A stretch of 64,000 nt of DNA, taken from NCBI GenBank assembly GCA_039815185.1, contig JBCBZT010000010.1, forward strand, positions 32,001 to 96,000, written 5' to 3'. Each line of letters starts with the position of its first letter. Within the stretch, counting starts at the first letter, position 1. The notes under the pieces were generated by a model. That model was given only the letters and a program-made list of their open reading frames with translations. It did no database searches and was not told the origin of the DNA. Source of the stretch: Cyanobacteria bacterium P01_A01_bin.123 (GTDB lineage: Bacteria; Cyanobacteriota; Cyanobacteriia; Phormidesmidales; Phormidesmidaceae). A program made the position numbers and the translations under genes. Positions 1 to 10,571 of the stretch are shown one piece after another.

Positions 1-123
1 GGGAAAGTAGCGACTCACCAAAAGTCCGGGTAGAGCTGTACCGGAACCCCGCCCGGTGAGTTTGAGCAGGCTGACAAGGAGTTTGGCAAACAGGATAACG
101 GGAATGAGGCGGAAGCGAATCAT
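1..123 (-). CDS. 5' end of a probable MurT/Mur-ligase (DUF1727) family protein, truncated by the window edge
   Basis: Manual translation from ATG at 123 gives MIRFRLIPVILFAKLLVSLLKLTGRGSGTALPGLLVSRYFP; G-S-G-T-A-L-P-G resembles MurT N-termini. Confidence 0.5.
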   Translation of the reverse strand, partial: MIRFRLIPVILFAKLLVSLLKLTGRGSGTALPGLLVSRYFP

Positions 124-257
124 GGATGGGAGAAAGGAGTAGCGCACAGACTAGGGAAGTCCCAGATTGACCTAAAGCATACTATTGTTCAACAGCAGCT
201 TGTCGCCTGCCTCCTTTTTTATCAACCTTGGAAGAACCGCTCAATCGCAACATCAAA

Positions 258-286
258 ATTTGGACAGGTAATGAAGCTGTCCAAAT
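258..286 (-). terminator. Perfect 10-bp hairpin downstream of the HHL1-like gene; probable terminator
   Basis: ATTTGGACAG-GTAATGAAG-CTGTCCAAAT, followed by a short T run on the minus strand. Confidence 0.5.
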
Positions 287-385
287 CTATGTCAGCGTCG
301 GTTGGAGTTGATCAATCTTGCTATTCACTGAACGAACAACAATTACTCGTCAACTCACCAGCATGGGTGCTTGGCTTTTGACTTA

Positions 386-817
386 TCAACGCTTAAACAA
401 TCCAGTGATGCTACCTTTTACACCCGCGATCGCATTTTGTAAGCCATTTCCTGAGACCGTTGCGGGAGGAGTTGCTAGCTGAATCGGGTCGTCCTTAAAT
501 TCTTTAAGACGGTAGCCATATTCCAGCTGGTGTTGGTTTTTGCGCAAGATGGGATACAGGCGAAACGCCCCTTCGTGGAGCTGCTCTAAACTGCTGTAGA
601 TAGCGCGGTTGATTTCGCCAGAGCGTTTCACAGCAACGACACCCACGGGGTACCAGTGTTTTGCGGCTCGAATGCGGATGTAAATTTCGTAGTCAGGCGT
701 ACCGTTAGACGTAAGCTGTTCATATTGTTTAGCGGCTGAAGCCCGCTCCAATGAACCCTTAGACGTTTTGGGCTTCGCTTTCGTTTTCTTGGGGCCAAAA
801 CCGAGACCTGTAGACAT
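386..817 (-). CDS. HHL1-like cyanobacterial protein
   Basis: N-terminal GFG plus Lys-rich stretch; WYPVG and LEYGYR motifs. Confidence 0.6.
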   Translation of the reverse strand: MSTGLGFGPKKTKAKPKTSKGSLERASAAKQYEQLTSNGTPDYEIYIRIRAAKHWYPVGVVAVKRSGEINRAIYSSLEQLHEGAFRLYPILRKNQHQLEYGYRLKEFKDDPIQLATPPATVSGNGLQNAIAGVKGSITGLFKR

Positions 818-885
818 GGGTACCCTCCTAATCGCACTTTATAAAAGTTTACACTCTTCTCAGCAAGAGCAACACCCCAGCCAAT

Positions 886-1803
886 ATGAAACCTGAGTCT
901 CTTTCACCATCTGTTACAGCTCAAACGCCCATACCCTTTAATAGCGGCTGGATTTATGCCATGCTGGCCTATTCCAGCTGGGGGTTACTGCCGATTTATT
1001 GGAAATTTTTTCAGCAGATTTCAGCGGTGGAGGTGTTAACCCAGCGGATTATCTGGTCGATGATGTTCCTCAGTGGGTTGCTTTTAATCCAGGGGCGACG
1101 AACCGAACTAGCTGAACTGCGTCAGCGACCACGGCAGATTTTGGGGCTGTTGTTAACGGCATCTTTGTTGACGTTTAACTGGGGACTCTATATCTATGGC
1201 GTCAATACCGATCGCGTGATTGAAACCAGCCTGGGCTATTTCATTAATCCCCTGGTGACCGTGCTGCTGGGGTTCGTGTTCTTGAAAGAAAGGTTGCGAT
1301 GGGGCCAGCGGATTGCTGTGGGACTCGCAGTGATTGGGGTGGCCTATTTTGTCTGGCAGTTTGGCGCTGTGCCCTGGATTGGCTTGGGGTTGGCCTTTTC
1401 TTTTGCCTTTTATGGACTGTTGCGCAAACTGGTGCAGGTGAGCCCGATGGTGGGTTTGGCGGTGGAAACAGGATTGATTACCCCAATCGCGATCGCGTTA
1501 GTGGGTCACTGGGCCGTACAGGGTACTGGGCATTTGGGGATCGACTGGCGCTTAACCCTGCTGTTTATTGGCGCGGGGGTTGTAACCTCGATGCCGCTGC
1601 TGTGGTTTAACAACGCGGCTAAACGACTACAGCTCTCAACCCTGGGCTTTTTTCAATATATGGCACCGTCGATTCAGTTAGTTTTGGGCGTGTTTTTGTA
1701 TCGTGAACCGTTTACGATCATTCACGCGGTCACCTTTGGCTTCATTTGGACGGCGCTACTGCTGTATTCCACAACATCGCTACGCCAGCGGTCAGCATCT
1801 TAA
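886..1803 (+). CDS. rarD: RarD-type EamA/DMT transporter
   Basis: WGLLPIYWK, SLGYFINPLV and GFFQYMAP motifs; about 10 TM segments. Confidence 0.9.
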   Translation: MKPESLSPSVTAQTPIPFNSGWIYAMLAYSSWGLLPIYWKFFQQISAVEVLTQRIIWSMMFLSGLLLIQGRRTELAELRQRPRQILGLLLTASLLTFNWGLYIYGVNTDRVIETSLGYFINPLVTVLLGFVFLKERLRWGQRIAVGLAVIGVAYFVWQFGAVPWIGLGLAFSFAFYGLLRKLVQVSPMVGLAVETGLITPIAIALVGHWAVQGTGHLGIDWRLTLLFIGAGVVTSMPLLWFNNAAKRLQLSTLGFFQYMAPSIQLVLGVFLYREPFTIIHAVTFGFIWTALLLYSTTSLRQRSAS

Positions 1804-1917
1804 CGCCGGCTCCAAAGGAGAGGACACCAATTATCTCAAAACCTAGTGATTATCCTCTCAACACTCTGAATATGAGGGTATGAGGACAAAGACTATTGAG
1901 CTAAAATTTGGACGAAA

Positions 1918-2475
1918 TTGCTTCCTGGCTGCATCTTGACAAGATTGGCAACGGCCAATTTTTTCCTGTTTCGGCAAGCTATGGCATGGTGTAATGAGTT
2001 TGTTGGATGCCACCTATTGACCATGGCCTATGGCTATTGCCCCCGTTTGTTAATACGCCTAGTATCCCTCCTGTTGTTCCAATCTGATGCCGTGGTTTTT
2101 CGTCTTATCTTGGCTGTTCCAATGACAGTAATTACGATCGGTCTGAGTTGGGGACTACCTCAGTCTCCTAGCTGGGCCAATGAGTGTTGGGATTTGGGCT
2201 TGGGCGACTTGCTCGAATCAGCCAACACCGAAACCGTTGATGGCGCGATTGTGCTGGGGCAGGTTCCGGGGCGACCTTATGTAGTTGCCGTACCCGGTAG
2301 CGACAGGGCAACGCTAGCCCAAATCAAAGTCTGTATTCGAGATGCATTTGTCACGCGCTCTACCGCCGGCGAATATATTCAAGCGGGTGCGTTTAATAAT
2401 CGTCTAGAGGCAGAAAGCATTAATCACTTTTTACGATCCCAAGGGTATGATTCACGTGTAATTTATTTACCCTGA
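1918..2475 (+). CDS. Hypothetical exported protein with SPOR-like C-terminus; true start probably downstream (about 2091-2122)
   Basis: PYVVAVP...YIQAGAFNNRLEAE...LRSQGYDSRVIY; hydrophobic segment precedes it. Confidence 0.55.
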   Translation: MLPGCILTRLATANFFLFRQAMAWCNEFVGCHLLTMAYGYCPRLLIRLVSLLLFQSDAVVFRLILAVPMTVITIGLSWGLPQSPSWANECWDLGLGDLLESANTETVDGAIVLGQVPGRPYVVAVPGSDRATLAQIKVCIRDAFVTRSTAGEYIQAGAFNNRLEAESINHFLRSQGYDSRVIYLP

Positions 2476-2594
2476 GGGCACGATAGGCTAGGTTGTCCTT
2501 AAAGACTTCCTTATCCCCATCTGTGATCGCAGATGGGGATGGCAAGCGAAAGAGATACTGAGTTACAACGGATACATAGATTGAGACGGATACT

Positions 2595-3434
2595 GTGTTG
2601 AAAAGAAGAATTTTTGCGATTGCCCTACTGACTTTTCTCATCACCTCAGTGTGGGCATCAGGTTTAGGAGCACAGTCTTCGTTTCCGGTGCGGGTCGATC
2701 GATGGCTGGAGGTGCGTCGGTTGTCAGGGCAGGTATTTCTGCTACAGGGGAACCAGCAACAAACGGCACGCATTGGGCAACGGTTGCAGTCTATTGGGGA
2801 TGGGGTGCGAACGCGTAGCAACTCTGAGGTGACCCTAGCAATTGATAGCACTGTGGGATTTGTTCAAGTGTCTGAGAATACAGATTTACAGATTACTGAA
2901 CTGCGCGGGACAGCCCGGGGCGGTCGAGTCACAGAACTCACGGTAAACCGAGGCCAAGCTCGAGTCCAAACTCGGCCATTTACCAATCCTGATACCCGCT
3001 TAGATCTGCGTACGCCAGCGGGGATTAGTGGTGTCCGGGGAACTGTGTTTGGCGTTACAATTCAACCCAATGGGCGTACGGGTGTTGCTACTGAGGAAGG
3101 GACTGTGGTCTCTGAAGCCCAAGGGGTAGCAGTTGACGTTAACGCGGGCTTTCAAACGTTGATTGTACCGGGAGAAGCGCCACAGCAGCCCATGCCTTTA
3201 AGGGATGATCCGAGCCTAGACTTACAAGTCTTGCGAGAGATAGATGAGGCAAAGGTAGAGATCGAAGGTCAAATCGACCCGGTTAATTTACTGATATTTG
3301 ACGGCGAAACACAGCAAGTCGAAGAATCAGGAGCGTTTCGGCTAGTGTTTGATTTGCCGGACAATCGCCGGATTTTGCTCTCTGTGCGCACACCCCTGGG
3401 TACAGAACAAGTTTATGAACTGGTCTCTCCCTAA
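2595..3434 (+). CDS. FecR-domain exported protein
   Basis: Signal peptide; GDGVRT and TPAGISGVRGTVFGV FecR motifs. Confidence 0.85.
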   Translation: MLKRRIFAIALLTFLITSVWASGLGAQSSFPVRVDRWLEVRRLSGQVFLLQGNQQQTARIGQRLQSIGDGVRTRSNSEVTLAIDSTVGFVQVSENTDLQITELRGTARGGRVTELTVNRGQARVQTRPFTNPDTRLDLRTPAGISGVRGTVFGVTIQPNGRTGVATEEGTVVSEAQGVAVDVNAGFQTLIVPGEAPQQPMPLRDDPSLDLQVLREIDEAKVEIEGQIDPVNLLIFDGETQQVEESGAFRLVFDLPDNRRILLSVRTPLGTEQVYELVSP

Positions 3435-6180
3435 ACGTTTTCGCTATAAAGCGGCCAGATCCCATCGGTGGCGATGGCTATTGCCGGGTTTAGTGTTGGG
3501 TTGCTTTGTGGTTAGCCTATGGGGCTTAGGGTTGCTGACATCTTTAGATCAGCTAACGTTGAACGGCCTGTTGCGGGCTCGAGGACCGATTGATTGGGAT
3601 ACACGAGTGGTCGTGGTCACTGTGGATGATGGCACCCTAGGGGAACTAGGGCGGTTCCCCATTGATCGGCGTTACTACACGCGCTTGACTGAACAACTCA
3701 CTGCAGCAAAGTCCAGTGTCATTGGTTTCAATATCTTGTTTCCTGATAGCAGCCCCGACGATCAGGACTTTGCCAAGGCAATAGCGGCCCATGGCCGTGT
3801 CGTGCTGGGGCAAATTTGGGATGTTCAAGGCGCTGATATCTTGCCTAACCCAACCTTGCGGAATGTCGCGGCTGCGGTGGGACACTTACGCCAGCTGCTT
3901 GACAATGATGGCATTACCCGCAGGGTCGAATTGACTTCGGGGGAAGTCGTGGCTTTTGGGGTAGAGGTTGCCCAAGTTTATAGCTTGGTGTCAGAGCGGC
4001 TGACGATTCCAAACCTGGACGAAATGTGGGTCAACTGGCCAGGGGATGTGGCCAACGTGGCCCAATATTCTATGGCCCAAGTGCTAGCAGGCACAGTGCC
4101 GCTGCAAGCGTTTCAAGACAAAATCGTGCTGGTAGGGGTTACTGCTACGGGACTTGATCCCCTGTCAACCCCTTACAACTTCCAACCCCCAGTCGGGGGA
4201 GTATATCTCCATGCAGCTGTCATCAATACTCTGCTCCACGAAAATTGGCTGCGTCAAATTCGGCCAGGGATCTATATATTTCTAGTGGGAACGACGGGCG
4301 TATTGTTGGGGTATGGCCTGCGCGATCGCAGCTTTGGGTTTCAGATTGGCATTGGCATTGCCATTGCAGTCGGTTGGCTAGGGCTCAGCTTTATCCTGCT
4401 GCTGTTTAATGTTTGGTTCCCAGCGGTCGCGTTGGTACTGCTCAGTCTCTTATTGGTCACTTTCCTGATTGGTCTTGACCGACTCCAAGCCAGGGCCTTG
4501 CTGCAAGTCCGCAATGAATTTTTTAGCACGATGAGCCATGAAATTCGCACACCGATGAACGCCATTATCGGCATGGCAGAATTACTCAGGGAAACCCCCA
4601 TGACCGCAGATCAGCGAGAGTTTACCGAAACGATTTATACCAGTGGTCAAACCCTACTCACCCTAATCAACGACATCCTTGATTTTTCCAAAATTGAATC
4701 AGGCAAATTCGAACTCGAATATCGTCCAGTCCAGCTCTCTATCTGTATCGAGCAAAGTCTGGAACTGGTCACCCGTCGTGCTAGCGAAAAACAGTTAGAA
4801 CTGGCCTATCTGATCGAACCTGCGATCCAACCTATGTTTTTGGGAGATGACACACGACTGCGGCAAATTTTGATCAACCTGCTGAGTAATGCTGTAAAGT
4901 TCACCTCGACTGGCGCAGTCACCATTCACGCCCGCATCAATCGCCTCAAACCCCTGCCCCGGCAACGCCAGCTCCAAACCTCAACGTCTAGTATCAGCCA
5001 GAGACCTAAACCAGACTCGACCCCACACATCAACAAGGGATCACCGCTGTACGCCTTAAGAATTGATGTCAAAGACACCGGCATCGGCATCGATTCAGAA
5101 CAGATTGAAACCCTGTTTCAACCGTACACGCAAGCCAGTCAGTCAACCAGTCGCCGCTATGGTGGAACAGGATTGGGCCTGGCTATTTGTCGGCAATTAG
5201 TAAAAGCTATGGGGGGAAAGATTTGGGCCGACAGTATAGTGGGACAAGGCACCACCTTTTCTTTTGCAATTCCCGTTTTGACTGACGATACTACTGTAGT
5301 CAAGTCACTTGACCAACCCGATGCCAGGCTACTGGGCCATAGTTTGGGAGTAATTGAACCTCATCCCGTACGTCAGTCATTCCTCACCCAACAGGCCACC
5401 CTGTGGGGTATGGACGTGCAAATCTTGGCGTCTGACAAAACGGGGTGGGCCGCCCTGTCCCAAGCGCCTGCTTTATCCGCAGTGATTATTAATATCGATG
5501 CGATCGCGGCCCTAGATCCTCACTGGATGACCCAGCTCCGCCAAGCCAGCCAAAAACCTGCCCTACCCGTGTTGATGTTAAGTTACAGCCAGCCCTCGGC
5601 AGCAATCCTAACCCTGACCCCAATTACGGTGCTGCACAAACCCCTGAAACGCCAGGTCTTATTTGACGCCTTGGTGCAGGCCGTTCAGCAGCCATCTGGT
5701 GAACGAGCAGCTGGTGAACTGGCCTCACCTCTCCCTGTTACCTCAGCCCTAACTTCGACCCTGCATCTAAGCCTGACCCTTGATCGGCCGCTCAAAATTT
5801 TGTTGGCTGAAGACAACTTGGTCAATCAAAAAGTAACCCTGCGGATGTTGCAACGACTAGACTTGAGCGCTGATATTGTGGCTTCGGGTAAGCAGGCGTT
5901 AGAGGCGCTGTCGCAGACAAGCTATGACCTGATTTTGATGGACATGCGGATGCCAGAGATGGATGGGATCGAAGCGACTCGAAAAATCCGCGATCGCGGA
6001 GACGATACCCCCTACCCCTGGATTATCGCGATGACAGCTAACGCCGCTGACTCTGACCGCCAAAGCTGTCTAGCTGCAGGCATGAATGACTATTTGAGCA
6101 AACCGATTCGGCTCAACCGCTTGACCAAAGTTCTACAACACGCAGCTGATTCCCTCGGAGCACTTGAGCGGGCTGACTAA
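3415..6180 (+). CDS. CHASE2 hybrid sensor histidine kinase (CHASE2, 3 TM, HisKA, HATPase, degenerate REC, REC); ATG 3415 preferred over 3349
   Basis: CHASE2 motifs (DNDGITRR, KIVLVGVTA, GVYLHA); H-box MSHEIRTPMN; N-box NLLSNAVKFT; GGTGLGL; C-terminal LMDMRMP REC. Confidence 0.92.
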   Translation: MNWSLPKRFRYKAARSHRWRWLLPGLVLGCFVVSLWGLGLLTSLDQLTLNGLLRARGPIDWDTRVVVVTVDDGTLGELGRFPIDRRYYTRLTEQLTAAKSSVIGFNILFPDSSPDDQDFAKAIAAHGRVVLGQIWDVQGADILPNPTLRNVAAAVGHLRQLLDNDGITRRVELTSGEVVAFGVEVAQVYSLVSERLTIPNLDEMWVNWPGDVANVAQYSMAQVLAGTVPLQAFQDKIVLVGVTATGLDPLSTPYNFQPPVGGVYLHAAVINTLLHENWLRQIRPGIYIFLVGTTGVLLGYGLRDRSFGFQIGIGIAIAVGWLGLSFILLLFNVWFPAVALVLLSLLLVTFLIGLDRLQARALLQVRNEFFSTMSHEIRTPMNAIIGMAELLRETPMTADQREFTETIYTSGQTLLTLINDILDFSKIESGKFELEYRPVQLSICIEQSLELVTRRASEKQLELAYLIEPAIQPMFLGDDTRLRQILINLLSNAVKFTSTGAVTIHARINRLKPLPRQRQLQTSTSSISQRPKPDSTPHINKGSPLYALRIDVKDTGIGIDSEQIETLFQPYTQASQSTSRRYGGTGLGLAICRQLVKAMGGKIWADSIVGQGTTFSFAIPVLTDDTTVVKSLDQPDARLLGHSLGVIEPHPVRQSFLTQQATLWGMDVQILASDKTGWAALSQAPALSAVIINIDAIAALDPHWMTQLRQASQKPALPVLMLSYSQPSAAILTLTPITVLHKPLKRQVLFDALVQAVQQPSGERAAGELASPLPVTSALTSTLHLSLTLDRPLKILLAEDNLVNQKVTLRMLQRLDLSADIVASGKQALEALSQTSYDLILMDMRMPEMDGIEATRKIRDRGDDTPYPWIIAMTANAADSDRQSCLAAGMNDYLSKPIRLNRLTKVLQHAADSLGALERAD

Positions 6181-6461
6181 GCGGGCCAACGAAGAAGAGC
6201 CGTAAAAGCTAGACTGATATATTGAAGTGTTCGTGTTTACGGGGGTTACAACCCTAGCCTCACTGAATTAAAGCTCCCTAGTGTTTGCCGAATCAGTTTA
6301 CTAGTGCAACAGTGTCGCTGATCACCGCATAAGTCTTATGGCGGTTGCTATAACTGAGCGGTATGCAGCCCAGCCTGGTAAATTTGGTAGGCACTCGTGA
6401 TCCTGAGTGCAACCGAAGCACGGCATATGCCCTTTCCCAGAACGGAACCCCTAACCTGACA

Positions 6462-9131
6462 ATGCAGCCGACAGACCCCGACAAGTTTACCGCTAAGGCA
6501 TGGGAAGCGATCGTTGAAGCCCAAAACGTGGCTCGTCGCTTTAAGCAACAGTATCTTGAGGCTGAGCATGTCATGGTGGCGCTGCTAGAACAAGCGGGTC
6601 TGGCAAACACCCTATTAAAGCGCGTCGAACTTGACCCAGCCGTGATCAGCCGAGAACTTGAAACCTTTGCCCAACGACAAGCACGAGTCCGGGTTTCCAC
6701 CGACAATAATCTTTATCTGGGCCAAAGTCTCGACAAAATGCTCGATCAGGCCGAAGCCTGCCGCGAAGCGCTCAAAGATAAATTCATTTCCGTAGAGCAC
6801 TTGCTGTTAGGGTTTGTGGAAGACGAACGCATTGGCCAACGATTGCTACGGGGCTTTAAGGTCGAGTCCGCAACCCTGATGGCAGCGATTAATGCCGTAC
6901 GGGGTAGCCAGAGCGTCACCGATCAAAATCCTGAATCTCGCTACGAAGCCCTAGAAAAATATGGTCGCGACCTGACCGAACAGGCCAAAGTGGGCAAGCT
7001 GGATCCGGTGATTGGTCGGGATGAAGAAATTCGTCGGGTGGTACAGGTACTGTCCCGCCGGACTAAAAACAATCCGGTGCTAATCGGGGAGCCTGGGGTG
7101 GGCAAAACCGCGATCGCAGAAGGGCTAGCCCAGCGCATCATCAATGGTGATGTGCCCGAATCCTTGAAGAACCGTCGCCTGATTACCCTCGACATCGGTG
7201 GTTTGATTGCCGGAGCCAAGTATCGCGGGGAATTTGAAGATCGCCTGCGTTCGGTGCTCAAAGAAGTCACCAGTTCTGATGGTCAAATTGTGCTGTTTAT
7301 TGACGAACTGCACACCGTTGTTGGGGCTGGCGCTGGCCAGGGCACCATGGACGCGGGCAATCTGCTCAAACCCATGCTGGCCAGAGGCGAACTGCGCTGT
7401 ATCGGGGCCACCACTTTAGACGAATACCGCAAACACATCGAAAAAGATGCCGCTCTAGAACGGCGATTTCAGCAAGTGTATGTGGGCCAACCCAGTGTAG
7501 AAGACGCCATTTCGATCTTGCGGGGACTCAAAGAACGCTACGAAGTGCACCACGGGGTAAAAATTTCCGATTCAGCCCTAGTTGCAGCAGCTACCTTGTC
7601 TGATCGGTACATCAGCGATCGCTTTTTGCCCGACAAAGCCATCGATTTGGTAGATGAAGCGGCTGCCAAACTGAAGATGGAAATTACCTCCAAACCCGAA
7701 GAGTTGGAATCCATCGATCGCCGCCTCATGCAGCTCGAAATGGAAAAGCTCTCCCTAGAAGGAGAAGAGCAGCTATCAGGGGTTGCCTACCGCACTGCTC
7801 AAGAACGGCTGACCCGGATCAACCGAGAAATTGAAGTATTGGCAGACAAACAAAAAGACTTTAACGACCAATGGCAAAGCGAAAAACAAACCCTTGATGC
7901 GATTAATACCCTAAAAGAAAAAGAAGACCAGCTCAGGGTACAAATTGAGCAGGCGGAACGAGCCTACGATCTCAACAAAGCAGCTCAGCTCAAATATGGG
8001 GAACTAGAAGGCTTACAGCGCGATCGCGAAACCAAAGAAGTCAAACTGATGGAGATTCAATCCCGGGGGTCAACCCTATTGCGCGAACAGGTGATTGAAT
8101 CGGACATCGCCGAGATTGTTGCCAAGTGGACTGGTATTCCCGTCAATCGCTTAATGGAATCTGAACGGCAGAAGCTGCTCCAGCTTGAATCTCACCTGCA
8201 TCAAAAGGTGATTGGGCAAGAAGAAGCCATATCCGCTGTCTCTGCCGCCATTCGTCGAGCTAGGGCCGGGATGAAAGATCCGGGACGGCCGATTGGTTCA
8301 TTTTTGTTTATGGGGCCAACAGGGGTTGGTAAAACCGAACTCGCCCGTGCTCTGGCAGATTTTTTATTTGATACCGAAACCGCCTTGGTTCGTATCGATA
8401 TGTCCGAATATATGGAGAAGCATGCTGTCGCTAGACTCGTCGGTGCACCACCAGGATATGTGGGCTATGAAGAAGGGGGGCAATTGTCTGAAGCGATTCG
8501 ACGTCACCCCTATTCCGTCGTGTTGCTAGACGAAGTCGAAAAAGCTCATCCCGATGTCTTCAATATCTTGCTACAGGTGCTGGATGATGGCCGCATTACC
8601 GATTCCCAGGGACATCAAGTAGATTTCCGCAACACGGTGATAGTGATGACTAGCAATATCGGCAGCGATTACATTTTAGACGTTGCTGGCGACGACACCC
8701 AATATAGCGAAATGCAGCGACGGGTGATGAATGCCTTGCGTAAGCATTTCCGCCCCGAATTTCTCAACCGAGTTGATGACATGATTTTGTTCCATGCCCT
8801 GAGTCGAGTCGAGCTACGCAAGATTGTCGGCATCCAGATTCAGCGCATTCATCGTTTACTAAGGGAACAAAAAATTACGCTAGAACTCAGCGAAAAGGCT
8901 TTAGATCATGTCGCCGAAGTTGGCTACGATCCAGTGTACGGTGCACGTCCCTTAAAACGTGCCATTCAACGGGAGCTCGAAGATCCGATTGCAACCAAAA
9001 TCTTAGAGAACACATTGATAGCAGGTACAACCCTCCGGGTTAATCTGCATCAGGGGAAAGGTCTCATATTTGAGACTGATTCAGAAGATGCTGACGTTGA
9101 AACAGCCCTGATTGAATCTCAGGCAAGCTAA
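6462..9131 (+). CDS. clpB: ATP-dependent chaperone ClpB (MQPTDP-type cyanobacterial paralogue)
   Basis: Two AAA+ modules ([16 protein letters not shown]), middle coiled-coil, GARPLKR. Confidence 0.95.
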   Translation: MQPTDPDKFTAKAWEAIVEAQNVARRFKQQYLEAEHVMVALLEQAGLANTLLKRVELDPAVISRELETFAQRQARVRVSTDNNLYLGQSLDKMLDQAEACREALKDKFISVEHLLLGFVEDERIGQRLLRGFKVESATLMAAINAVRGSQSVTDQNPESRYEALEKYGRDLTEQAKVGKLDPVIGRDEEIRRVVQVLSRRTKNNPVLIGEPGVGKTAIAEGLAQRIINGDVPESLKNRRLITLDIGGLIAGAKYRGEFEDRLRSVLKEVTSSDGQIVLFIDELHTVVGAGAGQGTMDAGNLLKPMLARGELRCIGATTLDEYRKHIEKDAALERRFQQVYVGQPSVEDAISILRGLKERYEVHHGVKISDSALVAAATLSDRYISDRFLPDKAIDLVDEAAAKLKMEITSKPEELESIDRRLMQLEMEKLSLEGEEQLSGVAYRTAQERLTRINREIEVLADKQKDFNDQWQSEKQTLDAINTLKEKEDQLRVQIEQAERAYDLNKAAQLKYGELEGLQRDRETKEVKLMEIQSRGSTLLREQVIESDIAEIVAKWTGIPVNRLMESERQKLLQLESHLHQKVIGQEEAISAVSAAIRRARAGMKDPGRPIGSFLFMGPTGVGKTELARALADFLFDTETALVRIDMSEYMEKHAVARLVGAPPGYVGYEEGGQLSEAIRRHPYSVVLLDEVEKAHPDVFNILLQVLDDGRITDSQGHQVDFRNTVIVMTSNIGSDYILDVAGDDTQYSEMQRRVMNALRKHFRPEFLNRVDDMILFHALSRVELRKIVGIQIQRIHRLLREQKITLELSEKALDHVAEVGYDPVYGARPLKRAIQRELEDPIATKILENTLIAGTTLRVNLHQGKGLIFETDSEDADVETALIESQAS

Positions 9132-9277
9132 CAGTACACAGAAGACTTAATTTGTCAGCGTTCACAGCGCTTAAATTGTTCACCAGGAGAGATAAATTGC
9201 CATGACCAAGGAAACTGAGTTTGCTCCTTTCACGTCGATCTGAACTGAGTCTATAAATTTTGTGTAAAGATTACAAC

Positions 9278-9364
9278 ATTGAAATTTATGGAGCTATGGA
9301 ATGCCGATTGAAATTTATGGAGCTATGGAATGCCGATTGAAATTCATGGAGCTATGCAATACCG
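9278..9364. repeat. Tandem repeat, 3 x 29 bp (ATTGAAATTTATGGAGCTATGGAATGCCG)
   Basis: Copies at 9278 and 9307 are identical; the copy at 9336 has 3 mismatches; no spacers. Confidence 0.95.
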
Positions 9365-9484
9365 ATATCAATGCAATAGTAAGTCGCTGGTGTCTATAGG
9401 CTGAGTCTGGCTACAGGTTGATCTTAGGCCAAATTCTAGTTCTCTCAAGTATCGTTGCCCACGCACTTTTTAGGATGAAGGCCT

Positions 9485-10510
9485 ATGGTTCGTGCCCATT
9501 ATTCCCCCGCGGGTGCTTTGAGTACTACTACTGCTAGGTTAAAGGAAGTTTCTCCAATCCTCGATTTTACCGTTGTAATTTGCACTTATAACGGCGCTAA
9601 TCGCATTCCTGAAGTGCTAGCCCAACTCCAACGACAAGTGGATGTCGAAGGTTTGCGTTGGGAAGTTTTAGTAGTGGATAACAACAGCACTGACAACCTT
9701 ACCGACGTGTTTCAGAGGTTTCAATCTGATTGGGGCGAAGACTCTACGCTGCACTATTTGTTTGAATCTAAGCAGGGGCCTGCCTACGCTCGCCAACAGG
9801 CTATTCGGGCAGCCAAGAGTGAACTCATTGGTTTTTTAGATGATGACAATATTCCGGCAGACAACTGGGTGGCGGCGGCCTATCGATTTGGCCAGGCCCA
9901 TCCTCAGGCGGGAGCCTATGGTAGCCGGGTTCAGGGGCAATTTGAGGTAAACCCGCCGGAGGAGTTTGATCGCATTCGAGCCTTCTTTGCCCTAACCCAA
10001 CGAGGAGATTTCCCCCTGCGCTATGAAAGGCAACGCAAAGTTTTGCCGCCAGGCGCGGGGTTAGTCGTCAGACGCAAGGCCTGGTTAGAGAGTGTACCCA
10101 AACAGTGCATCTTATCTGGGCCGATTGCTAACATACGGATTGGCGGTGAAGATTTAGAAGCAGTTTCCCACATCCAAAATAGTCCCTGGGAAGTTTGGTA
10201 TAACCCTGAGATGGAAATCTCCCATAAAATTGCGGCTGAACGCATTACCCGAGACTACCTTTTGCGGTTTTTTAGAGGGATTGGGCTCAGCCGCCACGTT
10301 ACCCGAATGTTAGGGTGTGACCCTTGGCAACGACCATTTTGGTTCCTGTTATATATTGCCAATGATCTTCGCCGCATCCTGGCCCATTTCTTCAAGTACC
10401 GAACCCAGCTTCGCTCTGATTTAGTTGCAGCGTGCGAATTTCAGCTTTATGTTTCTAGTTTGATTAGCCCGTTGTATATCTGGAGGATGCGACTTCTGAA
10501 TCGATCATGA
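9485..10510 (+). CDS. GT2 glycosyltransferase, HpsE-like (hormogonium polysaccharide)
   Basis: VICTYNG, VVDNNS, FLDDDN, PPGAGLVVRR and GEDLE motifs; start codon uncertain. Confidence 0.85.
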   Translation: MVRAHYSPAGALSTTTARLKEVSPILDFTVVICTYNGANRIPEVLAQLQRQVDVEGLRWEVLVVDNNSTDNLTDVFQRFQSDWGEDSTLHYLFESKQGPAYARQQAIRAAKSELIGFLDDDNIPADNWVAAAYRFGQAHPQAGAYGSRVQGQFEVNPPEEFDRIRAFFALTQRGDFPLRYERQRKVLPPGAGLVVRRKAWLESVPKQCILSGPIANIRIGGEDLEAVSHIQNSPWEVWYNPEMEISHKIAAERITRDYLLRFFRGIGLSRHVTRMLGCDPWQRPFWFLLYIANDLRRILAHFFKYRTQLRSDLVAACEFQLYVSSLISPLYIWRMRLLNRS

Positions 10511-10571
10511 CTTCTGATCGGATGTGGTTTACGTCCGCTGAATGAAGCGATAAGTTGCCTGCGTTTTTCCT

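Noticed and set aside
9278..9364. CRISPR array
   Set aside because: Units are contiguous with no unique spacers, and there are no cas genes in the window
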